Source of the DNA: Mobula hypostoma
Taxonomy: Eukaryota
Reading direction: 5' to 3'
NCBI RefSeq assembly: GCF_963921235.1
Contig: NC_086097.1
Span: 39,744,001 to 39,808,000, forward strand
DNA length: 64,000 bases
Within the stretch, counting starts at the first letter, position 1. Each line of letters begins with the position of its first letter. The notes under the pieces were generated by a model. It was not told the DNA's origin and made no database searches. It saw only the letters and a list, made by a program, of their open reading frames with translations. The translations under genes and the position numbers were made by a program. Below are positions 63,433 through 64,000 of the stretch, in pieces.

Positions 63433-64000
63433 ACTTTATAGTTTATACTTTATTGTCGCCAAACAATTGATACTAGAACGTACAATCATCACAGCGATAT
63501 TTGATTCTACGTTTCCCGCTCCCTGGATTACAAATCGATAGTAAACATTAAAAATTTAAATTATATATCATAAATAGAAAATAGAAAAATGGAAAGTAAG
63601 GTAGTGCAAAAAAACCGAGAGGCAGGTCCAGATATTTGGAGGGTACGGCCCAGATCCGGGTCAGGATCCGTTCAGCAGTCTTATCACAGTTGGAAAGAAG
63701 CTGTTCCCAAATCTGGCCATACGAGTCTTCAAGCTCCTAAGACTCCTCCTGGAGGGAAGAGGGACAAAAAATGTGTTGGCTGGGTGGGTCATGTCCTTGA
63801 TTATCCTGGCAGCACTGCTCCGACAGCGTGCGGTGTAAAGCGAGTCCAAGGACGGAAGATTGGTTTGTGTGATGTGCTGCGCCGTGTTCACGATCTTCTG
63901 CAGCTTCTTTCGGTCTTGGACAGGACAACTTCCATACCAGGTTGTGATGCACCCTAGAAGAATGCTTTCTACGGTGCATCTATAAAAATTAATGAGGGTT
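63433..64000 (-). mobile_element. Rex1/Babar LINE 3' portion, running off the window end
   Basis: TAQHITQTNLPSL..HPANTFFVPLPS..RFGNSFFPTVIRLLN; gacaataaagtataaa tail. Confidence 0.88.

Overview
Eukaryotic, repeat-dense DNA, most likely intronic or intergenic. No host protein-coding exon, RNA gene or prokaryotic system could be supported. The repeat mix (V-domain tRNA-derived SINEs resembling the shark/ray HE1 family, many CR1 and Rex1/Babar LINEs, Penelope-like elements) suggests a cartilaginous fish; this is an inference. Nearly all long ORFs are transposon-derived: a 5'-deleted chromodomain Ty3/gypsy element, a Hero/R2-type RLE fragment, a young twin-primed L1 with a 15-bp TSD, several CR1 and Rex1 RT fragments, Penelope GIY-YIG remnants, two Tigger-like elements, a 66-bp hAT MITE and a solo LTR. 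The most interesting non-coding signal is a set of Penelope-terminus mini-insertions carrying minimal hammerhead-ribozyme motifs. One has an intact core (2272-2307) and several are fold-back hairpins that turn at the ribozyme edge. TSD and motif coordinates were counted base by base; boundaries of old, decayed repeats are approximate.
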